NCBI GenBank assembly: GCA_017883215.1
Contig: JADGOA010000001.1
Location: 1 to 38,705, forward strand
From: Thermoanaerobaculia bacterium
Lineage (GTDB): Bacteria > Acidobacteriota > Thermoanaerobaculia > Gp7-AA8
DNA: 38,705 nt
Direction: 5' to 3'
The notes beneath the pieces are model-generated. The model made no database searches. It saw nothing but the letters and a program-made list of their open reading frames with translations, and was not told where the DNA came from. A program made the translations under genes and the position numbers. Shown here in pieces: positions 8,387 through 21,187 of the stretch (positions are counted from its first letter, which is position 1; the number at the start of each line of letters is the position of its first letter).

Positions 8387-8422
8387 GCTGCCCGGACCTG
8401 CAGTGCTCTCCCGCAGGGCAGC
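8387..8422 (-). other. GC-rich hairpin between the EBP stop and the protease start (possible attenuator or terminator)
   Basis: GCTGCCC (8387-8393) pairs with GGGCAGC (8416-8422); a short inner TGC/GCA pairing is possible. No U-tract. Confidence 0.3.
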
Positions 8423-8468
8423 TGCTACCACGCGGAGACGCATTCGCCACAGGCCTGTTGTGAGTTCG

Positions 8469-12458
<3,990 letters not shown>

Positions 12459-12501
12459 GCGACACCAGGCGCTCAGTGCGCCAGTTCCTAGCGAGAAGTG
12501 A

Positions 12502-14913
12502 TCAGACGCCGATGCGTTTCGCCAGAGCGACAAAGCGCGGATCCGAGCGCAGGTTCTTCATGGTCGGGTCCACCTTCAGCCACACCACCGACTCCGATCG
12601 CTCGGAGTAGAGCATCCCCAGCCACCGCAGAGCCTCATCGCGATTGCCCAAGCCGGCGTTGACGCGGGCGAGGAAGAGCGGCGCGGCGTACCTCGATGAA
12701 GACGTCAGTTGTCCGATTGCATCGAGCGCTTTTTGCCGGTGACCGGCAATAGCGTTCACGTATCCCGACATTGAGAGGAGAACCGGCTTCTGGCCGTTGA
12801 TGGAAACGGCCTTGTCGAGCAGCGCCAGGGAGTCGTCGTACCGCCCCTGCAGAGCGGCGATCTGACCGCGAAGCACGTAGGCGGAGACAGCCTTAGGGTC
12901 GAGCTGCAGCGTCCGAACGGCCTGTTGTTCGGCCTCCGCGAGCCGCCCTGCGTAGAAAAGCGTTCTGCCCACGTCCAGGCTGGCAGCGACGGACAGCGGG
13001 TCGAGCTGCACGGCGCGCTGTTTTTCTGCAATGGCCCGATCAAACTGCTGCGTGACGATGAGGATCTCCGCGTAGTAGCGGTGCGCCTCCGCGTCGTTGG
13101 GATTGAGCATCAGAGCCGTGCGGAACTCACGCTCCCCTTCAACGAAGTCCCAGTCGTACCACGTGCGCACCAGAGCCAGCGCAACGTGCGCATCCGACAA
13201 ATTCGGATCGAGCTGCACGGCGCGTTCGGCGGCTTCCCGCGCCCGCGGCATGGCCTCCCGTGGCGGCATGTAGACGTTGGAAAGGTTGTAGTAGCTAGTG
13301 GCCAGGGCCGCGTAAGCGGGCGCGAAGGAACCGTCCTTGGCGATCGCTTCGTTGAAATGGACGATCGCTTTACGAAGCGATTCCTCGGTGTAGGCGTTGT
13401 AGTCGTACCGCCCGCGCATGTATGCCTGATAGGCCTCGCTGTTGACGACGGGGGCTCGCGCGATGCGCTGCCGTTCTTCGCCGGTGAGCTTGACCTGCAA
13501 GGCCTCGGAGATGCGCGCCGCAATCTCCTGCTGGATCGTGACCATGTCGGCCACTCCGCGGTCGTAATGATCGCCCCAGACCTGCGTTCCTTTGTCAACG
13601 TCCGTCAGAGCAGCGTGAACGACGAGGGTGTTACCGCGCTGCATCAGCTCGCCGGTCACGACTCCCCGGACGTGCAGCTCACGCCCGACGGCGAGCGGAT
13701 CGATCTTCTTCCCTTTGTACTTCGCCGCGGTGCTGCGGGCGATGATCTGCAGGCGCGGGATCTGCGACAGCGAATCCCTGACGCTTTCGGCGATTCCGTC
13801 GCTCAAGTATTCGCTGGCCGGGTCCGCGGACGTGTTCTCGAACGGCAGGACCACGATCGTGTCGATCGGCCGCTCTCCAAACGTACCTCCGCGTCCGATC
13901 GCGTAAGCCACGAGCGAGACGCACAAGAGCAGAACCACCAGGATGGAGAGTTGCATTGTGGTAACCCGGCTTCCCAGCGGTCCGAGAAGACCGACCGATG
14001 AGCCTGGGCGCTCCAGCGGCAGTGTCGTCGTCATGTGTCCGGGCTGCCGCGGGACACCCGTCGCCACCACGCCTAACCTTTTCTCGAACTCCAGCTGACG
14101 CCGCAGCGTCTGCAGGTCCTCGAACATCTCCTGCGCCGTCGCGTAACGATTCGTCCGGTCTCTCTGTAACGCTTTCAGGATGATGCGATCGAGCTCCGGT
14201 GGGACATTCGCCACCAGGCGCGACGGCGGCTCCGGATCACGCGTGGCGATGGCGATCGCCAGATCGACAAAGCTGGCCGCCGTGATCGGCAGGTGGCGCG
14301 TGAGCATTTCGTACATCACTGCGCCGATGCTGTAGATGTCGGAACGCGCGTCCGGGGAGTAACCGCGCGCCTGCTCCGGCGACAGATACAGGAGCGTCCC
14401 CATCACTGCGCCGGTGGTGCTGTCGGTCATGTCTTCGCCGTCGAGCAGTTTCGCCAGACCGAAGTCGAGAACCTTGACGTACCCGTCCGGGCGGAGCATG
14501 ACGTTCTCCGGCTTGATGTCGCGGTGAACGATGCCCGCTCCGTGTGCCGCCGCCATGGCACAGGTGATTCCGATCGAGGCGTCGAGCACCTCACCGATGG
14601 TCATCGGCTCCGGCGAGCTGATGCGATCGCGGAGTGTCGTCCCTTCGATGAACTCGGTGGCGATGAAATGACGGTGCGCGTCTTCACCCACTTCGTAGAT
14701 GGTGATGATGTTCGGATGATTGAGCGCCGACGCCGCGCGCGCCTCGCGTTGGAAGCGTCGCACGCGCTCGGCATCCTCCGTGAACCGCTGAGGCAGGAGC
14801 TTCAGCGCGACCTTGCGATGCAGAGTGGCATCTTCGGCGAGGTACACCTCGCCCATGCCGCCGACGCCGATCAGACGATCCACGACATAGTGGGAGATGC
14901 GCTCGATCGACAT
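12502..14913 (-). CDS. Ser/Thr protein kinase with one TM helix, a periplasmic TolB-N-like module and C-terminal TPR repeats
   Basis: Hanks kinase motifs GVGGMGEVYLA, VALK, HRDIKPENVML, DFGLAK, SPEQ. TM segment LSILVVLLLCVSLVAYAI. VVLPFEN...LSDGIAES module followed by several TPR-like repeats. Confidence 0.92.
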   Translation of the reverse strand: MSIERISHYVVDRLIGVGGMGEVYLAEDATLHRKVALKLLPQRFTEDAERVRRFQREARAASALNHPNIITIYEVGEDAHRHFIATEFIEGTTLRDRISSPEPMTIGEVLDASIGITCAMAAAHGAGIVHRDIKPENVMLRPDGYVKVLDFGLAKLLDGEDMTDSTTGAVMGTLLYLSPEQARGYSPDARSDIYSIGAVMYEMLTRHLPITAASFVDLAIAIATRDPEPPSRLVANVPPELDRIILKALQRDRTNRYATAQEMFEDLQTLRRQLEFEKRLGVVATGVPRQPGHMTTTLPLERPGSSVGLLGPLGSRVTTMQLSILVVLLLCVSLVAYAIGRGGTFGERPIDTIVVLPFENTSADPASEYLSDGIAESVRDSLSQIPRLQIIARSTAAKYKGKKIDPLAVGRELHVRGVVTGELMQRGNTLVVHAALTDVDKGTQVWGDHYDRGVADMVTIQQEIAARISEALQVKLTGEERQRIARAPVVNSEAYQAYMRGRYDYNAYTEESLRKAIVHFNEAIAKDGSFAPAYAALATSYYNLSNVYMPPREAMPRAREAAERAVQLDPNLSDAHVALALVRTWYDWDFVEGEREFRTALMLNPNDAEAHRYYAEILIVTQQFDRAIAEKQRAVQLDPLSVAASLDVGRTLFYAGRLAEAEQQAVRTLQLDPKAVSAYVLRGQIAALQGRYDDSLALLDKAVSINGQKPVLLSMSGYVNAIAGHRQKALDAIGQLTSSSRYAAPLFLARVNAGLGNRDEALRWLGMLYSERSESVVWLKVDPTMKNLRSDPRFVALAKRIGV

Positions 14914-15007
14914 GGGAATACGCGGAGAATAGCCGAAAACGGACCTGCGCAGTTACGGAAGTCCCTAATAAACTGCCCTGCCCTACAATGCCTCCCCCGG
15001 AGGAGCA

Positions 15008-15841
15008 GTGAACGACATCGAACTGGCGATAGAGGCCGCCCGCCGCGGCGCCGCGATTCTGCTGAAGTACTGGGAGCAGATCGGTAAAGAGGATGCCCAC
15101 ATCAAGGCCCGCAACGATTGGGTTTCCCGCGCCGACAAGGAAAGCGAAGCGGCCATCATCTCCCTCATCAGCGACAACCGCCCCGATGACGTCTTCCTCG
15201 GCGAGGAGAGCGGATTGTCCGCGGCCGCGGGCCCCAATGGCCGGACCTGGATCATCGACCCGCTCGACGGCACTTCGAACTACCTCCAGCACTTTCCGGT
15301 CTGGTCGATCTCCATTGCCCTGCGGCAACGGGACGAGGTGATCGCCGGCCTCGTTTACGAGCCGCTGCGCGACATTTTCTTCAGCGCCGAGCGCGGCGCG
15401 GGGGCGTACCGCGACGGCAAGCGGATGGAGGTCTCGACCCAGCCGGCGGTCGAGGGGGCGTTTCTCGCGACGGGGTTCCCATTTCGTGCGCAACAATTTG
15501 TAGCGACCTACTGTCGCATCTTCGAGGACGTGGTGTCGATCGCCAAAGGCGTGCGCCGCGCTGGATCGGCGGCGCTCGATCTCGCCTATACGGCCGCCGG
15601 CGTTTTCGACGGCTTCTTCGAGATGCATCTCGCACCGTGGGACGTCGCCGCCGGGTCGCTCCTCGTCACCGAAGCGGGAGGGCGAATCAGCGACTTCTCA
15701 GGCGGCCAACGTTGGCTGGAACGCGGGAACATCGTCGGCGCGCCGCCGGGCATTCACGAGGACCTGATCCGGATGATCGGCCGCCACGTGACCGAAGAGC
15801 AGCTGGACCGGCACCAAGCGAAGAAAATTTCTCAGCCGTGA
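15008..15841 (+). CDS. Inositol monophosphatase family protein (SuhB-like)
   Basis: GTG start preceded by GGAGGA. Motifs FLGEESG, WIIDPLDGTSNY and GSAALDLAYTAAG. Confidence 0.9.
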   Translation: MNDIELAIEAARRGAAILLKYWEQIGKEDAHIKARNDWVSRADKESEAAIISLISDNRPDDVFLGEESGLSAAAGPNGRTWIIDPLDGTSNYLQHFPVWSISIALRQRDEVIAGLVYEPLRDIFFSAERGAGAYRDGKRMEVSTQPAVEGAFLATGFPFRAQQFVATYCRIFEDVVSIAKGVRRAGSAALDLAYTAAGVFDGFFEMHLAPWDVAAGSLLVTEAGGRISDFSGGQRWLERGNIVGAPPGIHEDLIRMIGRHVTEEQLDRHQAKKISQP

Positions 15842-16449
15842 TGGGACCGAAGCTGCCACGCGACTTCTACATGCACGAAACCGTGCACGTTGCGCGGGCG
15901 CTGCTCGGCTGCGTCTTGTGGCGGCGCGTTCGCGGCCGCCTTCTCGCCGCCCGGCTGGTCGAGGTCGAGGCATACCTCGGCGCGAACGACATGGCCAGCC
16001 ATGCCCGCCGCGGTCTTCGCTCCGAGCGCAATGAGTCGATGTACCTCGAGGGCGGCCACGCTTACATCTATCTCAGCTACGGGATGCACTGGTGCATGAA
16101 CGTCGTGACGCAGGAAGCGGACATCGCCGAGGCCGTCCTTCTCCGCGCCGGTGAGCCGCTGCAGGGAATCGAGACGATGTGGAAGCAGCGCCCAAAAGCG
16201 AAGCGCGCGCGCGATCTGCTCAGCGGGCCGGGAAAACTGTGCGCGGGCATGTCGATCGACAAGAAACTCGACAGGGTGCCTCTCGACGGCGACCGCCTGT
16301 TCCTCACCGCGCGCGACGTGGTACTTACCGATGAGGACATCGCCATCTCGCCGCGCATCGGCGTCGATGGCGCCCCGGAAGCCGCTCATTGGCCGCTGCG
16401 TTTCTTTATCCGCGGAAACCCGCACGTGTCGGCATACCGAAATGTCTGA
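15841..16449 (+). CDS. mpg: DNA-3-methyladenine glycosylase (Mpg/AAG family)
   Basis: LPRDFY..TVHVARALLGCVL, VEVEAYLGANDMASHA, GHAYIYLSYGMHWCMNVV. ATG 15841 overlaps the upstream stop (TGATG). The longer ORF-track start at 15637 lies inside the previous gene. Confidence 0.9.
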   Translation: MGPKLPRDFYMHETVHVARALLGCVLWRRVRGRLLAARLVEVEAYLGANDMASHARRGLRSERNESMYLEGGHAYIYLSYGMHWCMNVVTQEADIAEAVLLRAGEPLQGIETMWKQRPKAKRARDLLSGPGKLCAGMSIDKKLDRVPLDGDRLFLTARDVVLTDEDIAISPRIGVDGAPEAAHWPLRFFIRGNPHVSAYRNV

Positions 16450-17041
16450 TCACTACCAGACGCTGGCCGCGCGGACAGAGTTCCGCCACAAGATCGAACG
16501 GTCCGAATTCCTCGGCATCGCCATCCCCGTCGCGAGCGAGGAAGAGTTTTTCGACGAGCTGCACCGCATCGAAAAGCAGCATTTCGACGCCACGCACCAC
16601 TGCTGGGCATTCCGGTTGCGCGCTGGCGAGGACGTGCGCGCGCGCAGCTCGGATGCAGGCGAGCCATCCGGAACGGCCGGAAAACCGATCCTCGTCGCCA
16701 TCGAGGCAGCCGGGGTGTCCGACGTCGCCGTCGTGGTCGTGCGCTGGTTCGGCGGGATCAAGCTCGGCACCGGCGGCCTGTCGCGCGCATATCGGGAAAC
16801 GGCGGCTGAGACGCTGCGGCTCGCACAGCGACTCGACCGATACGTCTATACGCGTTTTCGGGTGGTAGTCCCGTTCGATGCGTTCGGGATCGTCTACCGG
16901 CTGGCCTCTCCGCCGGACGTCGTCCTGCAAAAGGAGACCTTCGGTGAAAGGAATGATTTCGAGTTTCTCGTCCGGACCTCGGCTTCTGAGCGTTTCGCGG
17001 CGGCGCTGACGGAGCGGCGGCTTGAATTCGTCATCGAATGA
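16442..17041 (+). CDS. yigZ: YigZ / IMPACT family protein (UPF0029)
   Basis: IERSEFLGIAIPV, HHCWAFRL, DAGEPSGTAGKPIL, VVVVRWFGGIKLGTGGLSRAY. ATG 16442 overlaps the mpg stop by 8 nt. Confidence 0.9.
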   Translation: MSDHYQTLAARTEFRHKIERSEFLGIAIPVASEEEFFDELHRIEKQHFDATHHCWAFRLRAGEDVRARSSDAGEPSGTAGKPILVAIEAAGVSDVAVVVVRWFGGIKLGTGGLSRAYRETAAETLRLAQRLDRYVYTRFRVVVPFDAFGIVYRLASPPDVVLQKETFGERNDFEFLVRTSASERFAAALTERRLEFVIE

Positions 17042-17056
17042 CGCAGGCAGCGGGGG

Positions 17057-17458
17057 TCATTCCTCCGCCACGGTGGTCCTGGCGATGCGATCGCCGGTCC
17101 GCCGTTTTCCACTGAAGACCAGCACCGCCTCGATGAGGTTCCAGCCGGGAATGACGATCGGAATGTTGCGGAGGATGGAGCGGCCGTATCCGCAGTGTTC
17201 CGAGTGCGGGGTCACGATTCGCAAGCCGAGTAGACGTTTTCCGGGGGAGCGGCCGCGGTAGCCGTCGCGCAAGAGCATCGCCGCCATGAGGACGGCAACG
17301 GCGACGTACCAGACGATCTGAATCGCCTTGACGGAGCCGCCGATCCAGGCCATCGCATAACTGGCGATTGACGCAGGAAGGATCAGAATGATGGAAACGG
17401 AGAGCGCGTCAGTCAGAAATGCCGCAATCCGAAGGAGCGTCGTCTGGGATGAGTCCAT
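17057..17458 (-). CDS. RDD family membrane protein
   Basis: 133 aa with two or three hydrophobic helices and the RSPGKRLLGLRIV motif typical of RDD domains. Confidence 0.7.
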   Translation of the reverse strand: MDSSQTTLLRIAAFLTDALSVSIILILPASIASYAMAWIGGSVKAIQIVWYVAVAVLMAAMLLRDGYRGRSPGKRLLGLRIVTPHSEHCGYGRSILRNIPIVIPGWNLIEAVLVFSGKRRTGDRIARTTVAEE

Positions 17459-17512
17459 GCCGGGTGAAACTCTCTCGTGGCGAATCCGTAAGACTGCAGT
17501 GCAGGGTGTCTC

Positions 17513-18415
17513 ATGAATATGCCGACACGCAACATCTTTTTGATCGCCGCGGTGACGCTGGCCGCCTCGTGCTCACTCGGCGGGCCGACGCACGACGAAA
17601 CGATCAGCCGGACGTTCCCGGCGGCAGGCGTTCACCGTCTGGATCTACGGGAAGTCAACGGAAGCGTTGACATATCGGCTGGTCCAGCCGATTCGATCAC
17701 GCTCGTTGCGCACGTTCATGCCCGCGGCCAGCAGCCGGACGCACGCAAAGACAACAAGGGATATTTCGAAACGAACCTCGACGGCGAAACGCTCGTCGTC
17801 GGTCGCCGGAACGAGCGGCGGCATGTCGGCTTCCCATTCGTTTTCTCGACCCACAACGTCAGCGTCGACTACGACATCCATGTGCCGCCGCAGTTCGATC
17901 TGGAGCTGCGGACCGTGAATGGCCGCATTGCCACGCGGGGGGTGGACGGCGAGACAGATGCAGTGACTGTGAACGGCGCGATTGACGTCGAGAGCAGCGG
18001 CATGCGCGAGCTTCGCGCTCACACCGTCAACGGCGGCTTGAAAGTGCGATTCATGCAGACCTTCCAGGGTGCAAATCTGAAGACGGTGAACGGCGGCGTG
18101 GTGGCCGTCCTGCCGCCGAACGCTTCCTTTGCCTGCGATCTCTCGCAGGTCAACGGCGATTTCGAGGCTTCCTTCCCGCTGAACATCCACTCGCATCCGG
18201 GCAGCCGGCGCGTTTCCGGCGAAGTGAACGGCGGCCGGTACGACCTGCGGATCGTGACCGTGAACGGCGACATCCGCGTGGAAAACGGCGCCGGCACGAT
18301 GGCGGTGCCGCTACCACCGGCGGCGCCGGCAGGATCGACAGCGATGCCGGCCATGCCCGCACCACCGGCGCCGCCCGCGCCACCCGCGCCGCCGCACGGC
18401 TCGTGGGGAACCTAG
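17513..18415 (+). CDS. Lipoprotein with DUF4097-like repeated beta-helix (putative adhesin fold) and Pro-rich C-terminus
   Basis: Lipobox LAASCS. Recurrent VNG(S/A/R/G)(I/V/L) strands (VNGSVDI, VNGRIAT, VNGAIDV, VNGGLKV, VNGGVVA, VNGDFEA, VNGDIRV). C-terminal PAPPAPPAPPAPP tail. Confidence 0.6.
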   Translation: MNMPTRNIFLIAAVTLAASCSLGGPTHDETISRTFPAAGVHRLDLREVNGSVDISAGPADSITLVAHVHARGQQPDARKDNKGYFETNLDGETLVVGRRNERRHVGFPFVFSTHNVSVDYDIHVPPQFDLELRTVNGRIATRGVDGETDAVTVNGAIDVESSGMRELRAHTVNGGLKVRFMQTFQGANLKTVNGGVVAVLPPNASFACDLSQVNGDFEASFPLNIHSHPGSRRVSGEVNGGRYDLRIVTVNGDIRVENGAGTMAVPLPPAAPAGSTAMPAMPAPPAPPAPPAPPHGSWGT

Positions 18416-18449
18416 GGGTTACCCAGCAGCTGCAGAGCCCCGTTGGAAT

Positions 18450-18497
18450 GCGGGCGCCTCGCCCGCCGCGATCGGGCGTCCCGCGCCCGATCGCTTT
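18450..18497 (+). terminator. Tandem GC-rich hairpins with a short T tract (candidate intrinsic terminator)
   Basis: First hairpin: GCGGGCG-CCT-CGCCCGC (18450-18466). Second hairpin: GCGATCGGGCG-TCCCG-CGCCCGATCGC (18468-18494), followed by TTT. Lies 35 nt after the stop at 18415. Confidence 0.6.
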
Positions 18498-18583
18498 CCT
18501 AGTCTCGGAGAGCAGCCGGCCGCGACGCCAGCACTCCTGATGAACGACAGCTGAGCACCTCAGGCCTCGCTATACTCGGTGCG

Positions 18584-20035
18584 ATGGCGCCACGCGACCG
18601 CACCAACGCACTCCTCGCGGCTGCGCTTCTGATCGTCGTCACTCCGGCCGCGCTAGCGCCGATCTACAGCTACGATTTGTTCTGGCACCTCGCGGCGGGC
18701 CGGTGGATCGCCGCGCATCACGCGTTGCCGCTGACCGATCCGTTCGCGATCGGGAGCGACCGCGTTCCCTGGATCAACGGCGAATGGCTGTTCGAGGTTC
18801 CGCTTTTCTTCGTACATGCCGTCGGTGGCATCGCCCTCGTGGCGTGGTTGCGGGCGCTGATCGTCGCCACGACGTTCGCGGCCGGATTTTTCTTTGCTGC
18901 AAGACGCGGTGCCACCGGGATTGCGCTCCTCCTCGCTGCGCTGGCGTTCGCCGGCGGGAATGAGCGGCTCGACGCACGGCCCGGCACGGTGGCGGCTCTG
19001 TTCGTCGTCCTGGCAATCGCGCTGCTTGCGCAACGTTCTCGGGCCGCGACGATCGCGTACGTCCTCTTGTCGATCGCCTGGATCAACACCCACCCTTCCG
19101 CCCTCCTCGCCCCGGCATTCCCGGCGGCGGTCGCGCTACTGGCGCGCGAGAGGCGAGACGCGTGGATCACAGCTGCGGCGAGTGCAGCCGCGCTCCTCGT
19201 GAATCCCTTCGGCGTGGAGGCGATTGCGGCGCCGCTGCGCCTGACGGCATTCGCCGGGAGCGGGGCCTTCGTCAACGCGGAGTGGGTTCCGAGCCAACCG
19301 GCGGTTTTCCCACTCCTCTACGTCACCGTCGTCATCGGTGTCGTCGCGTTCGCCAGCGCACGCGATCGCCGCGACCACGTCTGGCGGATCGCGATCTTCG
19401 CGGTGCTGGCGTATCTGTCGATCGCGCACGTGCGGAATCAGGGGCTCTACTTCGCCGCGTTTCCGCTGCTCGTCGCGCCGATCGTCCGCATCGAGCGCGC
19501 GCAGCGTGCATTCGCCATCGCCGCACTCCTGCCGATTGCATCGGTTGCCGCTCGCGGCGACCACCGGCCTTCGCTGGTTGCGCATCGTTTCCCGGTCGCC
19601 GCCGTCGCCAGACTCCGGCAGACGAAACTCCAGGGCAACATCTACAACCCCGACCAGTTCGGCGGTTATCTGATCTGGTCCTTCTTTCCGCAGCGACGCG
19701 TGCTCACCGATGGCCGCAACGAGCTCTATCACTCGTTCCTCCGAGAGTACGCGGTTGCGCGCGTCGACAGCCGCGCCTGGCACGCACTCCTGCGCAAGTA
19801 CCGGATCGATCTGGCGGTCGACGAGTATCGCGGAGCACTCGACGTGGTCGACGGCCGCAGCGGCCGGCATCAGTCGATCCCAGCCTCGCTGGCGTATTTC
19901 CCGCGACGTGACTGGGCGCTCATCGGATACGACGAGGCGGGGATGGTGTTTGCGCGCCGTGCTGCCTTCACACCCGCAATCGTCGATCGGTGGGAGTTGC
20001 GTGGCATCGTGCCGGACGCTAAACGCAGTCGCTGA
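18584..20035 (+). CDS. Polytopic integral membrane protein (GT-C-like fold suspected; function unknown)
   Basis: 483 aa with about 10 or more hydrophobic segments. N-terminal YDLFWHLAAGRWI...PWINGEWLFE motif, which I associate with uncharacterised glycosyltransferase-like membrane proteins. No motif is firm enough for a specific call. Confidence 0.7.
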   Translation: MAPRDRTNALLAAALLIVVTPAALAPIYSYDLFWHLAAGRWIAAHHALPLTDPFAIGSDRVPWINGEWLFEVPLFFVHAVGGIALVAWLRALIVATTFAAGFFFAARRGATGIALLLAALAFAGGNERLDARPGTVAALFVVLAIALLAQRSRAATIAYVLLSIAWINTHPSALLAPAFPAAVALLARERRDAWITAAASAAALLVNPFGVEAIAAPLRLTAFAGSGAFVNAEWVPSQPAVFPLLYVTVVIGVVAFASARDRRDHVWRIAIFAVLAYLSIAHVRNQGLYFAAFPLLVAPIVRIERAQRAFAIAALLPIASVAARGDHRPSLVAHRFPVAAVARLRQTKLQGNIYNPDQFGGYLIWSFFPQRRVLTDGRNELYHSFLREYAVARVDSRAWHALLRKYRIDLAVDEYRGALDVVDGRSGRHQSIPASLAYFPRRDWALIGYDEAGMVFARRAAFTPAIVDRWELRGIVPDAKRSR

Positions 20036-20341
20036 TCAGTTCACGAGGTCGCGGCAGGAGTGCTCGTCGAGCGCGGCCTCATCGGGCCAGCGCGTGTGCA
20101 GCACGCGCTCGAAGTGCGGGCGCACGATGCGGTCATAGCGCTCCTCGAATCCGGGGAACAGATCGAGGATTGCTTTGCGCGCGCAGCTCACGAGGGAACG
20201 CGCTTCACGGTGCGACACAGTAATGTCGGTACTGATCAGGTTGTGGGTCAGTTCCACGATCATGCGAATGCGACGAAGCCGCCGGCGTTCAAAGAAGGCG
20301 GATCGAGTTTCGGGGATGGCCTGGAGCTCGAATTTCGGCAT
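20036..20341 (-). CDS. Hypothetical small helical protein
   Basis: ORF with protein-like composition (MPKFELQAIPETRSAFFERRRL...). ATG 20341 preferred over the upstream in-frame start at 20389. No recognisable family. Confidence 0.45.
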   Translation of the reverse strand: MPKFELQAIPETRSAFFERRRLRRIRMIVELTHNLISTDITVSHREARSLVSCARKAILDLFPGFEERYDRIVRPHFERVLHTRWPDEAALDEHSCRDLVN

Positions 20342-20436
20342 CGTCTCGTCACGCAGCCAAACGCTCGGTCCCACGAGCGCATTCCGCACTCTTGTTACAC
20401 ATGAAGGCCGCCGGGGAACCTGCTGCGGGCAGGGAG

Positions 20437-20520
20437 CGGCGAGTGGCGGTTTGAGGAAAAGACGAGCCGTCGGAAGGACGGCTAATCCTCGCCGCCTACT
20501 CGCCGCTTGCTGCTCGCTGC
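20437..20520 (-). repeat. Composite hairpin element D (GGCGAGTGGCG / CTACTCGCC motif, related to A/B) with nested inner hairpin
   Basis: GCGGCGAGTGGCGGTTTGAGGA (20436-20457) pairs with TCCTCGCCGCCTACTCGCCGC (20486-20506). Inner hairpin AGCCGTC-GGAAG-GACGGCT (20465-20483). Confidence 0.75.
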
Positions 20521-20521
20521 C

Positions 20522-21187
20522 TCAGGCGTGCTCGCTGTCGCCCTCAGCCCAGATCTCGTCGGCGAGAACGCGCTCGATGCGCGATTCGTAGTAACGGATC
20601 GTGGCGCGGCTTACCGCGCGTACGGCGGCGTAGTTGAGCACTCCGCCGGAGACGGCGCCGACGATGGGAATCATCTTCGCCATGCGTTCCCTGGCGATGC
20701 GCGTTCCGATCTTCTCCGCGATGACGCCGCCCTCCATCGTCGCCGACTCGAGAACGGTGGCGATGCCCTGCTTGCCGACGCCGACGCCTGATGCGTACGC
20801 GAGGCATTGCAGCGCCTCGGAGAACCGCTCGCGCGACGATGGCTCATGACCGTACAGAGTGGCGATGCCCAGGATGAGGCGGAACTGTTGATACACGAGA
20901 TAGGCGAGGTCGGCTCCCAGCGTCCCGATGGCGATGAAGCCAGAGGGAAGTCCGGTCACCGCACCGGCTGCGGCACAACGGATGGCCGTTCGGCGCGCCA
21001 GCGTACGGGCATAGTCTTTCGCCTCATAGTCAGGTGCGGCGGCCCGAAGCTCGTCCACTTCCTTGCGGATCTTGCCGGTGTCGATCTCTTCGAAAAGCGC
21101 GCGGAAGACTTCTTCCAGAACCGAGTCCGCTCGCTTCTTGAATGCTCGCGCTTTTCCCATGGTGATCGCCGCACTGATGACAGTCAC
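20522..21187 (-). CDS. EcsC-family-like protein
   Basis: Pattern ARRTAIRCAAAGAVTGLPSGFIAIGTLGADLAYLVYQQFRLILGIATLYG resembles EcsC-family proteins. This is from memory, not a search. GTG start overlaps the FmdB stop (GTGA). Confidence 0.5.
   Translation of the reverse strand: MTVISAAITMGKARAFKKRADSVLEEVFRALFEEIDTGKIRKEVDELRAAAPDYEAKDYARTLARRTAIRCAAAGAVTGLPSGFIAIGTLGADLAYLVYQQFRLILGIATLYGHEPSSRERFSEALQCLAYASGVGVGKQGIATVLESATMEGGVIAEKIGTRIARERMAKMIPIVGAVSGGVLNYAAVRAVSRATIRYYESRIERVLADEIWAEGDSEHA

Noticed and set aside
14953-14989. TACAAT boxes upstream of the inositol monophosphatase-family gene (14984) and the aldo/keto reductase gene (30911) as promoters.
   Set aside because: No acceptable -35 at 16-19 nt spacing in either case. 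A -10-like hexamer alone is too weak.
15637-15840. Upstream extensions of mpg (from 15637) and yigZ (from 16151).
   Set aside because: Both lie inside the preceding, well-supported genes. The recognisable family sequence starts at ATG 15841 and ATG 16442, each overlapping the upstream stop.
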